A DNA stretch of 64,000 nt, taken from an uncultured Gemmatimonadales bacterium (GTDB lineage: Bacteria; Gemmatimonadota; Gemmatimonadetes; Longimicrobiales; Longimicrobiaceae). The stretch spans positions 6,272,001 to 6,336,000 of the forward strand of contig OY970303.1 of assembly GCA_963716255.1 (NCBI GenBank). Direction: 5' to 3'. Positions 18,474-28,900 of this stretch are shown one piece after another (position 1 is the stretch's first letter; each line of letters opens with the position of its first letter). A program made the translations under genes and the position numbers. The notes beneath the pieces were generated by a model. It had not been told where the DNA came from. It did not search any database and was given only the letters and a program-made list of their open reading frames with translations.

Positions 18474-19742
18474 GTGACTACTGCGACGACGCTGGAGACG
18501 CACCGCGCCATCGACGCGGTCTGGAGGATCGAGTCCGCGAAGCTGATCGCGGGGCTCGCGCGCATGGTGCGCGACGTGGGCCTGGCCGAGGACCTGGCCC
18601 AGGACGCCCTGGTGGCCGCGCTGGAGAAGTGGCCGCAGTCGGGGGTCCCGGACCGGCCGGGGGCGTGGCTGATGGCCGCCGCCAAGAGGCGCGCCATCGA
18701 CCACTTCCGCCGCGACAGGCTGCTCGACCGCAAGCACCAGGAGCTGGGCCGCGAGCTGGAGGTGCGGCAGGAGGCGGCCGTGCCGGACCTTGACGAGGCG
18801 ATCGACGACGCCATCGGCGACGACCTGCTGCGGCTGGTGTTCACCTGCTGCCACCCGGTGCTCGCCCGGGACGCGCAGGTGGCGCTCACGCTGCGCCTGC
18901 TGGGGGGGCTGACCACCGAGGAGATCGCGCGCGCGTTCCTGGTGCCGGTCCCCACGCTCGCCCAGCGGATCGTCCGGGCCAAGAAGACGCTCACCGAGGC
19001 CCGCGTTCCCTACGAGGTCCCCCGCGGGGCCGAGCTGGCCGGGCGGCTCTCGTCGGTGCTCGGGGTGGTCTACCTGATCTTCAACGAGGGGTATTCGGCC
19101 ACCGCGGGCGGCGACTGGACGCGCCCGGCGCTCTGCGAGGACGCCCTCCGGCTGGGCCGCATCCTGGCCGGGCTGGCGCCGGGCGAGCCGGAGGTGCACG
19201 GCCTGGTGGCGCTGATGGAGATCCAGGCGTCGAGGCTGCGCGCGCGGGTGGGCCCCACGGGGGAGCCCGTGCTGCTGCTGGACCAGGACCGGGGGCGCTG
19301 GGACCACCTCCTCGTCGGCCGCGGCCTGGCGGCGCTGGCGCGCGCCGAGGCGCTGGGGGGCGCGCGGGGCCCGTACGCGCTCCAGGCGGCCATCGCCGCC
19401 TGCCACGCGCGGGCCCGCACCGCCGCGGAAACGGACTGGACGCGCATCGCGGCGCTCTACGACGCGCTCTCGCGGGTGGCGCCGTCCCCGGTGGTGGAGG
19501 TGAACCGCGCGGTGGCGCTCGCCATGGCCTTCGGGCCGGCGGCGGGGCTGGAGCTGGCGGACGAGCTCGTCGCGGAATCGTCGCTGAAGGGGTACCACCT
19601 GCTCCCCAGCGTGCGCGGCGACCTGCTCTTCAAGCTGGGCCGGCTGGACGAGGCGCGCGCGGAGTTCGAGCGCGCGGCCTCGCTCACCCAGAACGCGCGC
19701 GAGCGCCGGCTGCTCCTGGACCGCGCCGCGGCGTGCGGATGA
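18474..19742 (+). CDS. ECF sigma-70 factor, ECF42 group, with C-terminal TPR-like extension
   Basis: AEDLAQDALVAAL, DDLLRLVFTCCHPVL, YLIFNEGY, GPYALQAAIAACH; DGPF neighbours typical of ECF42. Confidence 0.9.
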   Translation: MTTATTLETHRAIDAVWRIESAKLIAGLARMVRDVGLAEDLAQDALVAALEKWPQSGVPDRPGAWLMAAAKRRAIDHFRRDRLLDRKHQELGRELEVRQEAAVPDLDEAIDDAIGDDLLRLVFTCCHPVLARDAQVALTLRLLGGLTTEEIARAFLVPVPTLAQRIVRAKKTLTEARVPYEVPRGAELAGRLSSVLGVVYLIFNEGYSATAGGDWTRPALCEDALRLGRILAGLAPGEPEVHGLVALMEIQASRLRARVGPTGEPVLLLDQDRGRWDHLLVGRGLAALARAEALGGARGPYALQAAIAACHARARTAAETDWTRIAALYDALSRVAPSPVVEVNRAVALAMAFGPAAGLELADELVAESSLKGYHLLPSVRGDLLFKLGRLDEARAEFERAASLTQNARERRLLLDRAAACG

Positions 19743-19756
19743 AACGCCCTGGATTC

Positions 19757-19897
19757 GGGCGTGCCCCCGGCTGGCGCCGGGCGTTCCGCGGGCTTCGGCT
19801 CCGTAGCAGACGAAACGACCGTCTGCAACGGAGTCGAGCCCCGCGAAACTGCCCGCGGCGATACTCGCGCCCCTTCAAACGGGCCGAAATCCCTCAC
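19757..19897 (-). repeat. Structured intergenic repeat, copy 3 (inverted, with small insertions)
   Basis: Reverse complement matches the scaffold. Confidence 0.9.
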
Positions 19898-19977
19898 GCG
19901 GGGTTCGTGCTGGCGTCCGCGGATGGAGCCGCGGCGCGGCTCCATCCTCCATCCCACCTTCCACCCGGAGATCCCCC

Positions 19978-21105
19978 ATGGCCCCCGACCGCTCCGAAAG
20001 CTTTTCCGAAGGCGACGTGCTGCTGCTGGTGGGCACCATGAAGGGCGCGTTCGTGGTGTCGTCGAATGCCGAGCGCCGGGAATGGCGGGTCCACGGGCCC
20101 CACTTCCGCGGCGAGACGGTGTACTCGCTGGCCTTCGACCAGCGCGGGGGACGGACGCGGATGCTGGCGGGGACGCAGAGCTTCCACTGGGGGAGCGTGG
20201 TCCGCGCCAGCGACGACTTCGGGGCGACGTGGAGCGCGCCGGAGCGGCAGAACGTGCGTTTTCCCGAGGATTCCGGGCTGGCGGTGGCCAACGTGTGGCA
20301 GCTGCGGCCGGGGCGGGACAGCGAGCCGGACGTGCTGTACGCCGGGGTGGAGCCGGCGGCGCTCTTCGAGTCGCGCGACGCGGGGGAAACGTGGAGCGCG
20401 GTGGAGGGGCTGCTGGGCCACGAGCACCGGCCGCGGTGGATGCCCGGGGGCGGAGGGCTGTGCCTGCACACCATCGTGCTGGACGCGGCGGAGCCGCGGC
20501 GCATGGGCGTCGCCATCTCCACCGCCGGCTTCTACCGCACCGACGACGGCGGGCGCAGCTGGCAGCCGCGCAACCAGGGCGTGCGGGCGCAGTTCCTCCC
20601 GGACAAGTACCCCGAGTTCGGGCAGTGCGTGCACAAGGTGGTGAACCACCCCGCGCGCCCGGAGCGGCTCTTCCTGCAGAACCACTGGGGGCTGTACCGC
20701 AGCGACGACTGGGGCGACAGCTGGCACGACGTCGCCAACGGGGTGCCCTCGGACTTCGGGTTCGCCATGGAGGTGCACCCGCACGACCCGGACACGGTGT
20801 ACATCGTGCCGCTGGAGTCGGACGAGTTCCGCGTGGTCCCGGAGGCGCGGCTGCGCGTGTACCGCACCCGCGACGCGGGCGAGTCCTGGCACGCGCTGGA
20901 GAGCGGCCTCCCGCAGAAGGACGCGTACGAGACGGTGCTCCGCGACGCGCTTGCCGCCGACACGCACGACCCCGCCGGCATCTACTTCGGCACGCGCGGC
21001 GGCAAGCTCTTCGGCTCGGCGGACGAGGGGGAAAGCTGGAGCGAGATCACGGATGCGCTCCCGCCCATCGTGTGCGTCAAGGCCGCCGTGGTGGGCGCCC
21101 GCTGA
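19978..21105 (+). CDS. BNR/Asp-box beta-propeller (sialidase-like) protein
   Basis: Repeated SxDxGxxW boxes (SDDFGATW, SRDAGETW, TDDGGRSW, SDDWGDSW, TRDAGESW, SADEGESW); no signal peptide. Confidence 0.85.
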   Translation: MAPDRSESFSEGDVLLLVGTMKGAFVVSSNAERREWRVHGPHFRGETVYSLAFDQRGGRTRMLAGTQSFHWGSVVRASDDFGATWSAPERQNVRFPEDSGLAVANVWQLRPGRDSEPDVLYAGVEPAALFESRDAGETWSAVEGLLGHEHRPRWMPGGGGLCLHTIVLDAAEPRRMGVAISTAGFYRTDDGGRSWQPRNQGVRAQFLPDKYPEFGQCVHKVVNHPARPERLFLQNHWGLYRSDDWGDSWHDVANGVPSDFGFAMEVHPHDPDTVYIVPLESDEFRVVPEARLRVYRTRDAGESWHALESGLPQKDAYETVLRDALAADTHDPAGIYFGTRGGKLFGSADEGESWSEITDALPPIVCVKAAVVGAR

Positions 21106-21140
21106 CCCGTCCGTTCACCCTCAACCCCGCGCGAGGACCC

Positions 21141-21422
21141 ATGGAGATCACCGTCGCCCTTCCCGGCGCCCTGCAGCCGTACGCGGCCGGAAGCCCGGAG
21201 GTCACCCTGCAGGCCCGCTGCGGCACGGTGGGCGACGCGCTGGGCGCGCTGGCCGGCCGCTATCCCGGCGTGGTGGACCGCGTGGTGGACGAGCGCGGGA
21301 CGGTGCGGCGGCACGTCAACGTGTTCGTGGACGGCGACGACATCCGCTTCCTGGCGGGGCTGGACACGCCCGTGCGGGAGGGGAGCACCATCGTCATCTT
21401 CCCGGCGGTGAGCGGCGGGTAG
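21141..21422 (+). CDS. MoaD/ThiS/CysO-like ubiquitin-fold protein
   Basis: RRHVNVFVDGDDIRFL..GLDT..IFPAVSGG with C-terminal GG; GAGG RBS. Confidence 0.9.
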   Translation: MEITVALPGALQPYAAGSPEVTLQARCGTVGDALGALAGRYPGVVDRVVDERGTVRRHVNVFVDGDDIRFLAGLDTPVREGSTIVIFPAVSGG

Positions 21423-21613
21423 CGCCGCCGGAGTGCTGCGTCCCGAGGAAAGGAGCCCCGCGATGAGTGAATCGCGGGGCTCCGTTTGTTTTCCAGGTTT
21501 TCAAGACTCAAAATGGGCGGAAACGCCCATGTGCGGCGCACTCGGAACGGATAGAGTTCGTCGCGCGGCCTGTTTCCATGCCGCGCGGGGCGAACCGCAA
21601 CGAGGAGCACAGC

Positions 21614-22147
21614 ATGCCTGGATTCGAGCAGCCGGTGTCGGCGGGAGTGGCCAAGCGACTGGCGGCGGCGGCGGACGGGTTCCGCCACGGGAGGCCCGTG
21701 TACTTCGTTTCCGGCTTCCGCGATGCCGGCCCGGTCGAGCGCTTCGAGGGGGAGGAGGGGCGGGAGGAGGCGGAGCGGGCGCGGAGGGCGAAGGAGGCCG
21801 GGAGCGGGGGCGAGAAGTTCGGGGTGTTCGGCCCCTACGTCACCGAGCCGGGCCACGGGCACGGGGCGAAGCCGGTGGCCGAGGTGCTGGACGTGACGGT
21901 GCGGGTGAAGCTCGCGGACGGGTCCACGCGCACCCGGGTCTTCGGCGGCGGGGAGTACGACGCCCTCTTCTGGACGCGCTCGGCGGTGGACAAGTTCGTC
22001 GTCCCGTACTACACCGGCGCGCTCGGGCTGCAGTACGCCACGCGCGTGTCGGACGACTTCGCCGGGAGCAACGTCTACATGCTGGGCCACCTCCCCGACA
22101 CCATGCCCGTGATGATCCGCCTTCCGGACGCCGGGGAGCAGGGGTGA
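21614..22147 (+). CDS. Hypothetical protein (177 aa)
   Basis: GAGGAG RBS before ATG 21614; GC3-rich codon pattern; DALFWTRSAVDKFVVPYY block. Confidence 0.7.
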   Translation: MPGFEQPVSAGVAKRLAAAADGFRHGRPVYFVSGFRDAGPVERFEGEEGREEAERARRAKEAGSGGEKFGVFGPYVTEPGHGHGAKPVAEVLDVTVRVKLADGSTRTRVFGGGEYDALFWTRSAVDKFVVPYYTGALGLQYATRVSDDFAGSNVYMLGHLPDTMPVMIRLPDAGEQG

Positions 22148-22166
22148 GGCCGGGCGGGCGCGCCGC

Positions 22167-24728
22167 TCACCGGGCGAGCGACAGCCGCCCGTGGGCGGGG
22201 TCGCTCCACAGCGACCTGAACTGCGGGTCCCGCCTCGCGTACTCCGTCAGGTCGGGCCGCGCCCGCAGGTACCGGCCCAGCAGCTCCCGGGCGCGGTCCC
22301 TTTCCCCCAGCACCAGCCGCAGGTAGGCCTCGTCGTACCACAGGAAAAGGTTGACCGCGGGGTCGCCTCCGGCCTCGCGCTGGGCGCGCGTGAGCAGCTC
22401 GCGCGCACGCCGCTCGTGGCCGGTGCGCGCCAGCACCGCCGCCGTCCTCACCATGCGGTAGATGGGGTGGTACGGGCGGCCGGCCAGCCGGGCCTTTTCC
22501 GGGGGGTCCATCTGCTGCAGCTCCTCCAGCAGCCTCAGCGCCCGGCGGGGATCGGGGTCGCGGACGGACGGGCTGCTCAGGATGGCGAGCTCGCACTGCA
22601 CGAACCTCCAGTCGCCCGGGAACTTGCTGCGTCCCAGCGCGCACCAGCGGCTGGACTCCTCGGGGCGCTCCAGGAGGAGCGTGGTGCGGTACAGCACGTC
22701 CAGCACCTGGTCCACGTTGCGGAGGTAGGCGTCCTTCTGGTACGCCTGGCGGGCCGCGAACTCCGCCTCCCCGAAGTCGGTGCGGAAGCGCAGCAGCTGG
22801 CTAAGCGTGCTCCAGGCGCTCGCCAGCGACGGGTCCGCCACGGTGGCCGCGCGCAGGTCGCGCTCCGCCTTCGCCACCAGCTCCCGCCACATCCCGTCGT
22901 ACTGGATGGAGTCGTCGGCCTCCAGCCAGTACGCCGTCCCGCGGAGCTCCAGCGCGGGGGCGTACCCCGGCTCCAGCGCCAGGGCGCGCTCCGCGTGCTC
23001 CACGGCGCGGCGGGTCCAGTCCCGCTTCCGCCGCATGTCCGTGAGGTCGATGCGGTCGAGCGCCAGCCACCCGCGCCGCACGGAGGGCTCCACCCACCGC
23101 GGGTCCAGCCTGCCCGCCCCCGCGAGCATGCTGTCGGAGATCTCCAGCATCCGGCGCGCGGTCAGCACCGCGACCGAGTCGGGGTGGCGGGCGACCTCCA
23201 GTCCGCTCGTCCGCATCTCGTCCGCCCGCCTGACCAGCGCCCGCGCCTGCACGTCGCGCGTCCCCGCGCTCCACCGGCGAAGCTGCACCTCCTGTCCCAG
23301 CCTCGTGCGCAGGCACTCCGCCACCTCGCCGGCCAGGTCCTCCACCAGCGTGAACCGGTCGCCCACCGCCCGCGTGAGCACCTTGCCCGTCAGCTCCTGG
23401 CCCGTGTTGGCGTCCACCAGGTGCGCCGCAAGCCGAACGCTGTCGCCGGAGCGCTGCAGGCTGCCCCCCACCAGCGTCCCCACGTCCAGCACCCTGCGGA
23501 GGCTGTCCGGCGTGACCGGCCGGTTCCGGAACGGCCGGACGCCGTTGGGCGAGACCACGTAGAGCCCTTCCACGCCGGCCAGCTGGTAGATCAGGCTCTC
23601 GGTGAGGTCGGCGGCCAGGTAGTCCAGCTCCGGGTCGCCGCTCTGGTTCTCGAAGAACAGGATCGCGATGCGGTTCGGCGCGGCTGGCTGCTCCGTCGAC
23701 GCCTGCGCCGACGGTGCGGCCGCCGCAGGTGCCTGCACCGGCATGGGGAGCCACAGTACGGCGAGCGCCAGCGCGAGGATCCCGGCCGCGAGCGCGGCGA
23801 GCCGCACTCTGTGGTCGCGGGGGAGCCGGATGCGGGTGGACGAGGGCGGCGCCGGGAGGTGGGCCCCGGCGCACGCGGCCGCGGCGCTCACGGGGTCCTC
23901 CTCGGGAGCGGGAGGCGGCTCCGCAGGCTCCGGGCTTTCCGCCGCTCCGGGGGCGGGCGGGGCAGCCGCGGCGGACGGCGCGGCGGGAGCCGGCGCCGCG
24001 GGGGCGGTGGCGGGCGCGGGGGAGGACCGCAGCAGCGCCGCCAGCGCCGCGACCTCCGGGTCCGGGTCCATTCCCAGCTCCTCCCGGAGCGCGGCGGCGT
24101 GCGTGCGGGCGTGGCGGATGGCCGACGGCCGGTCGCCCGCCGCGTCCAGGGCGCGCATCAGCCGCAGCGCGAGGCGCGAGCTGCACGGGTCGTGGGCCAC
24201 CGCCTGGCGCCACCACCGCGCCGCGTCCTCCGCTTCGCCGGCGGCGCCGGCCGCCTCGGCCAGGCGCTCCAGGGCGCTGGCATACGCCCGGGCCAGGCGG
24301 TCGCGCTCCGCCTCCGCCCACTGCTGGAAGGCGGGCGCGTCCTCGACGTAGAACCCGTCCAGGAAGGGGCCCCGGTACAGCTCCACCGCCCGGCGCGCGT
24401 CGCCGGCCCGCAGCGCCGCCTCGAACGCGGCGACGTCGCTGGCGACCACCTCGGGGTTGAGGGACACCTCGTCGCCGGAGGACATGAACGCGTCGTCCCC
24501 CAGCTCCTTGCGCAGCAGGTACAGCGACTCCGAGAGGAGGGGCCGGCCCTTGCCGGGCGCGCTGTCGGGCCACAGGTAGCCGACGATCTTTTCCCGGGTG
24601 AGGGACCCGGTGCGGGACGCCGCGAGCAGGGCCAGGAGGGCGACGCGGCGCCGGTAGGACGCCCGGCCGGCGAGCGGTCCGGCGGGGCCCTCCACCTGGG
24701 CTCCGCCCAACGTGAGGACGGTAAACAC
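22167..24728 (-). CDS. BTAD/SARP-type transcriptional regulator with TM segment, TolB-like domain and TPRs
   Basis: LTREKIVGYLWPD, ELYRGPFLDGF (BTAD), IAILFFEN..LTESLIYQL (TolB-N-like), helical repeats; GTG start inferred. Confidence 0.8.
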   Translation of the reverse strand: MFTVLTLGGAQVEGPAGPLAGRASYRRRVALLALLAASRTGSLTREKIVGYLWPDSAPGKGRPLLSESLYLLRKELGDDAFMSSGDEVSLNPEVVASDVAAFEAALRAGDARRAVELYRGPFLDGFYVEDAPAFQQWAEAERDRLARAYASALERLAEAAGAAGEAEDAARWWRQAVAHDPCSSRLALRLMRALDAAGDRPSAIRHARTHAAALREELGMDPDPEVAALAALLRSSPAPATAPAAPAPAAPSAAAAPPAPGAAESPEPAEPPPAPEEDPVSAAAACAGAHLPAPPSSTRIRLPRDHRVRLAALAAGILALALAVLWLPMPVQAPAAAAPSAQASTEQPAAPNRIAILFFENQSGDPELDYLAADLTESLIYQLAGVEGLYVVSPNGVRPFRNRPVTPDSLRRVLDVGTLVGGSLQRSGDSVRLAAHLVDANTGQELTGKVLTRAVGDRFTLVEDLAGEVAECLRTRLGQEVQLRRWSAGTRDVQARALVRRADEMRTSGLEVARHPDSVAVLTARRMLEISDSMLAGAGRLDPRWVEPSVRRGWLALDRIDLTDMRRKRDWTRRAVEHAERALALEPGYAPALELRGTAYWLEADDSIQYDGMWRELVAKAERDLRAATVADPSLASAWSTLSQLLRFRTDFGEAEFAARQAYQKDAYLRNVDQVLDVLYRTTLLLERPEESSRWCALGRSKFPGDWRFVQCELAILSSPSVRDPDPRRALRLLEELQQMDPPEKARLAGRPYHPIYRMVRTAAVLARTGHERRARELLTRAQREAGGDPAVNLFLWYDEAYLRLVLGERDRARELLGRYLRARPDLTEYARRDPQFRSLWSDPAHGRLSLAR

Positions 24729-24910
24729 TGGTTGACTGTGAGGTTGATGGAAAACCCGAGAACAGGTAGAGACCTGCCTCCTATGGTACGCAATCGAGCG
24801 GCATTGACAAGGGGGCCGCCGTGGAAACCCCAACGCATCGTACCATGCCCGAGCGAAGCTCCACCCCGCCCCATGGTCCGTTCGACGAATCTCCCGCCAG
24901 GAGGCGCCCC

Positions 24911-25501
24911 ATGGACTCCGCACGCCGTGTCCACGATCCGACGACCCTCTTCGACACGCTGGACCTCCTCCCGCAGCACCAGGCGCTGATGACCCCCGCC
25001 GGCAGGGTCGTGCGGCTCAACCGCTGGCTTTCCGAGCTGCTCCGCAGGGTCCCGGACGGGCGGTACCTGGAGGAGGCTCTCGGCTCGTACGCCCGCTCCA
25101 TCGCCGACCTCCGCTTCCCATGTGGCTGCGACGGGCACTGCGGCGCGCCCACCACCCTGAAGTATCAGACGGTCACGGGTCCCTGTCTTCTCTGGGGATG
25201 GTGCGTGGAGCTGGACCGCTACGGCCTGGGCCGCCTGGTCCTGATGACGGTGCAGCCGCTCGACCCCGACGCCCCGTCCGACGACGCGATCCGCGAGCAC
25301 TTCGGCCTGACCCGCAAGGAGATCGACGTGGCGCGCCTCCTGGCGGAGGGCCGCACCAACGCGGGGATCTCGGCGGCGCTGTGCATCAGCGAGCACACGG
25401 CCCGGCACCACACGGAGCATGTATTCAGGAAGCTGGGCGTCAGCTCGCGCGCGGAGGTGGGCCCGAAGCTCCGGGCCCTCCGGCGGGGGGAACTGAACTA
25501 G
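24911..25501 (+). CDS. LuxR-family HTH transcriptional regulator
   Basis: GLTRKEIDVARLLAEGRTNAGISAALCISEHTARHHTEHVFRKLGVSSR; AGGAGG RBS. Confidence 0.85.
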   Translation: MDSARRVHDPTTLFDTLDLLPQHQALMTPAGRVVRLNRWLSELLRRVPDGRYLEEALGSYARSIADLRFPCGCDGHCGAPTTLKYQTVTGPCLLWGWCVELDRYGLGRLVLMTVQPLDPDAPSDDAIREHFGLTRKEIDVARLLAEGRTNAGISAALCISEHTARHHTEHVFRKLGVSSRAEVGPKLRALRRGELN

Positions 25502-25525
25502 CGATTCTTGCCAGGAGGAAGTCCG

Positions 25526-25987
25526 ATGTGGCGATCGCTGCGGCGCCTGGCGCCGTTCTGGCTGGTGGTGGGCGTCGCGGCGGTGGCGCCCCCGGGCCGA
25601 CAACCCGCGCCCGGCCGCCGGCCCGGGGAGGACCCCGGGCCGGGCGGCGGACCCCCCGCCGAGTACCAGGGCGTGCACCGGCGGGAGGTGCGCCACCTCC
25701 TGGACCGCGTGACGGGGTGGCGCACGTCCCGAGACGCGAGCACCGACGGCGGGGTCCCGCCCGCGGTGCCCATCGCCTGCGTCCGCGACGCGTACGTGGC
25801 CGCCGCCGTGCAGCACGCCTGGGCCGCCGAGAGCTACTATCGCCTGCGGCACCCCGAGGCGGGGGCCATGGCGGCTGCGATGCGCGACGACCTGGACCAG
25901 GCGGACGAGCTGTGCGCCGTCACCGGGCGGGGCGGGGTGGAGGGGTGCGCGACCCTCCGTCTGTGGGCGTGCCCGGTGCCGCCGTGA
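25526..25987 (+). CDS. Hypothetical exported Cys-containing protein
   Basis: AGGAGG RBS, N-terminal hydrophobic segment, four Cys in the C-terminal half; 3' end overlaps the convergent gene. Confidence 0.6.
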   Translation: MWRSLRRLAPFWLVVGVAAVAPPGRQPAPGRRPGEDPGPGGGPPAEYQGVHRREVRHLLDRVTGWRTSRDASTDGGVPPAVPIACVRDAYVAAAVQHAWAAESYYRLRHPEAGAMAAAMRDDLDQADELCAVTGRGGVEGCATLRLWACPVPP

Positions 25988-28900
25988 CGCCCCGCACCGG
26001 GCGCAGGTTGTCGGCGCGCGCGGCATCCACCCGCAGCACCCGCGGGTCCACGGCGACGTGCCCCGCCGCGCCCGGCACCACCAGGCGCAGCTCGGTCGTG
26101 CCGCCGCGGAAGCGGTGCCTCCCCGCGTACAGCGGCGCCTGCTCCGCGCCGGCCGGGCCCGCGGCGTACACGGCCACCTCCAGCACCTCGTCCATCGCCA
26201 GCGGCACGTCCGCCCCGCCGCGGCGCTCGCTTTTTGCTGCGCGGACACGGGCGACGACCAGGGTGCGCCCGCCGGGGAGCGGGCGGCCCGAGGCGGACTC
26301 CACCGCCAGGTCGTACACCACCACCCGCCGCACCCACTGGTCGACGAGCGCGCGCGCCTCCGGCGCGGCCGCGGCTTCCAGCGCGGCGGCCAGCTCCGCG
26401 GCGGTGGGCGCGGGGGCGGGGTGGGCGTGCTCCCGCACGAAGCCGCGGAGCGTCCCGTCCAGCGTCTCCTGCCCCAGGAGGTCGCGCAGCCCGGCCATCA
26501 CCACCGCGCCCTTGCCGTAGTACAGGTAGGGCTGGCCGGTGGCCTTCCAGAGCGGGCGCTCTGGCTCCGGGTCCTCGGCCCGGCCGCGGAGGTAGCGCTC
26601 CAGGTCGTACTCGAGCATGCGGGTCACCTGCCGCTCGCCGCGAAGCTCGCGCAGCACCACCTGCTCGGCGTACTTGGCGAGCGATTCCACGATCATCGTC
26701 GCCCCCGGCCCGTCGCCCGGGTTGACCTGGTGGGGCCACCACTGGTGCCCCACCTCGTGCGCCACGCGGCGGGTGACCAGGTCCAGCGAGGTGGAGTCGC
26801 GCGCGTCGGTGAGGAAACCGCGGTTCTCGGAGTACAGCACCATCCCCGGGAGCGCGAACGCCCCGAAGCCCCAGTAGGGCGGCACCTCCACGATGCGCAG
26901 GGTCGCGTGGGGGTACCGCCCGAAGGCCCGGCCGAAGGCGTCCAGCGACGCCGTGGCCGCGCGCAGCATGCGGTCCACGTTGCGGGCGTGCCCCGGGTGG
27001 AAGTACACCTCCACCGCTACGCCCCCGTGCACGGCGCGGCGGGTCGCGTACCGCGCCGACACGAAGCCGAGCTGCGCCAGCGCCGGCCGGTCCAGGACAT
27101 AGCGGAAATGGCGCCGCCCGCCCGTCCGCCACTCCCCCCGCAGCTCGCCGGGCGCGACCGCCACCTGGTCCGCGCTGGTGGACACGGTGACCTCCGCGGT
27201 CGCCCAGCCGGCGGCCGGGTCGTCGGGCGACTCCGCGGCACCGGCTTCCTCGTCCCGCCGCGGCGGCAGCCCCTGGCGGCGGCGCTCGGCCGGGTCGCCG
27301 ATCTCCTGGCTCGCGCGGTAGCCGACGTGGGGAAAGGCCTGCCCCTGCGACACGAACGACCCGTTGTCCACCACCGACAGGTCGAACCCCGAGGCGCGGA
27401 TCCCCCGCTGCGCCACGGAGGCGCGGTACGAGAGCTCCGCCCGCGCCCCCGGCGCCAGCGGGCGGCGCATGCGGAACCCGTGCATGCCGTGGCGCGCGTC
27501 CCGCACCACGGCGTCCGCCCCGGCCAGCGACACCCGCACGCTGTCCAGGTCGCGGCGCACCCCCACCCACACCGTGTCCACGGGGCGGCCGGTGCGGTTT
27601 TCCAGCACCAGCGTGCCGGCCACGCGCAGGCGCCGCTCCGCCGGGAACAGCTCCACCTCCGCCCGCACCGCCGCCACGCCGGGCTGCGGCACGGCGGCGA
27701 GGCGGCGGTACGTCCGCTCGTACCCCGCCCGCCACGCCAGCGCCTGCTCGTGCGTCTCGCGGCGGTTCAGCACGTCGGTCCGGCGAAAAGTCCACGCGCC
27801 GCTGCCCGCGAAGAGCAGGAGGCACGCCGCCGCGCCCGCCGTTCCGCGCCGCCCCAGCCGCCGCGGCGCCGCCGCCAGCCGCGCCCGCAGCGAGGGCGGG
27901 GTGCCGCGCCGCCACAGCCCGGCCGCGGCGAAGGCCGTCACCCCCGCGAAGGCGGTCCAGTACAGCAGGAACGCACGGAGCGACGCCTCCACCTGCCCGC
28001 CGCCCCCCATGTCGGAGTGCGGCACCCGCGGCCCGCTCCCGAAGCGCAGCAGGGGGTGCTCCAGCCCCAGGGCGTCGCCGCGCAGCGCCACGGCCGCGAC
28101 CACCAGCGAGATCCCCATCCCCACGTAGCGGTTGGGGGCGAGCGCCTGCGCCAGCAGGGCGGCCGCCGCGAAGAGCGCCAGAGGCAGGCCGCCCGAGACG
28201 GCGAAGCGCAGGTGAAGCCCGGGGTCCCCGGGCGGGTAGCCGCGCGCCAGCTGGAAGGCCACGGCGACCGCCAGCGTCGCCGCGGTCGCCACGGCGGCGG
28301 TGAGGACCAGGGCGGCCAGGCGCGACAGGTAGAACACGGCGCTGCCCGTGGGCGTGGCGTCCACGATCTCCGCCAGGCGCACCGACCGGTCGCGCCACGC
28401 CAGCTCAGCGGCGAAGTACACCAGGACCACCGTGCCCAGCTCGGCGAGGAGAGGGCGCGCGACGTCCAGCAGGATCCCGGTGGTGGGGAGGAGGCGGCTG
28501 CCGTACTCCGCCGCCTCGGAGCCGGCCATGTTGGCCCACGCCGCCGCCACCCACAGGACCATGAGCGCCAGGAAGGGCCGGCTGCGCAGCACGTAGCCCA
28601 GCTGCACCCGCGTGGCGGAAACCAGCGCGCGCCGCTGCGCTCCCGGGCCGCCCGCGGGCACGGGCCGGTACGCCGGGACCGCGGCGGGCGCCCGCGCCTC
28701 CGCGGCGGGGCGGGCGCGCCCCCCCGCGGTGGGCACGCGCAGGGCGAAGCGGCGGTGCACCCCCGCCAGCACCAGGGCGGAGACCGCCAGCCACAGCACG
28801 CGGTTCAGCAGGAAGCTCCCCGAGAGCGCAAGGTGCCGCGTGTTGCGCACCGCGGGCGTCCAGTGGCGCGTCTGCTCCGCGAACGCCGCCAGCCCGAAGG

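Noticed and set aside
19761..21422. 553-aa protein ending in a MoaD domain
   Set aside because: The N-terminal part is off-frame over the repeat and the BNR gene; the real start with RBS is at 21141
24876..24890. Fifth ECF42 promoter (ccgttcgacg) before the LuxR gene
   Set aside because: The -10-like half is present but there is no TGTCGA at the required distance
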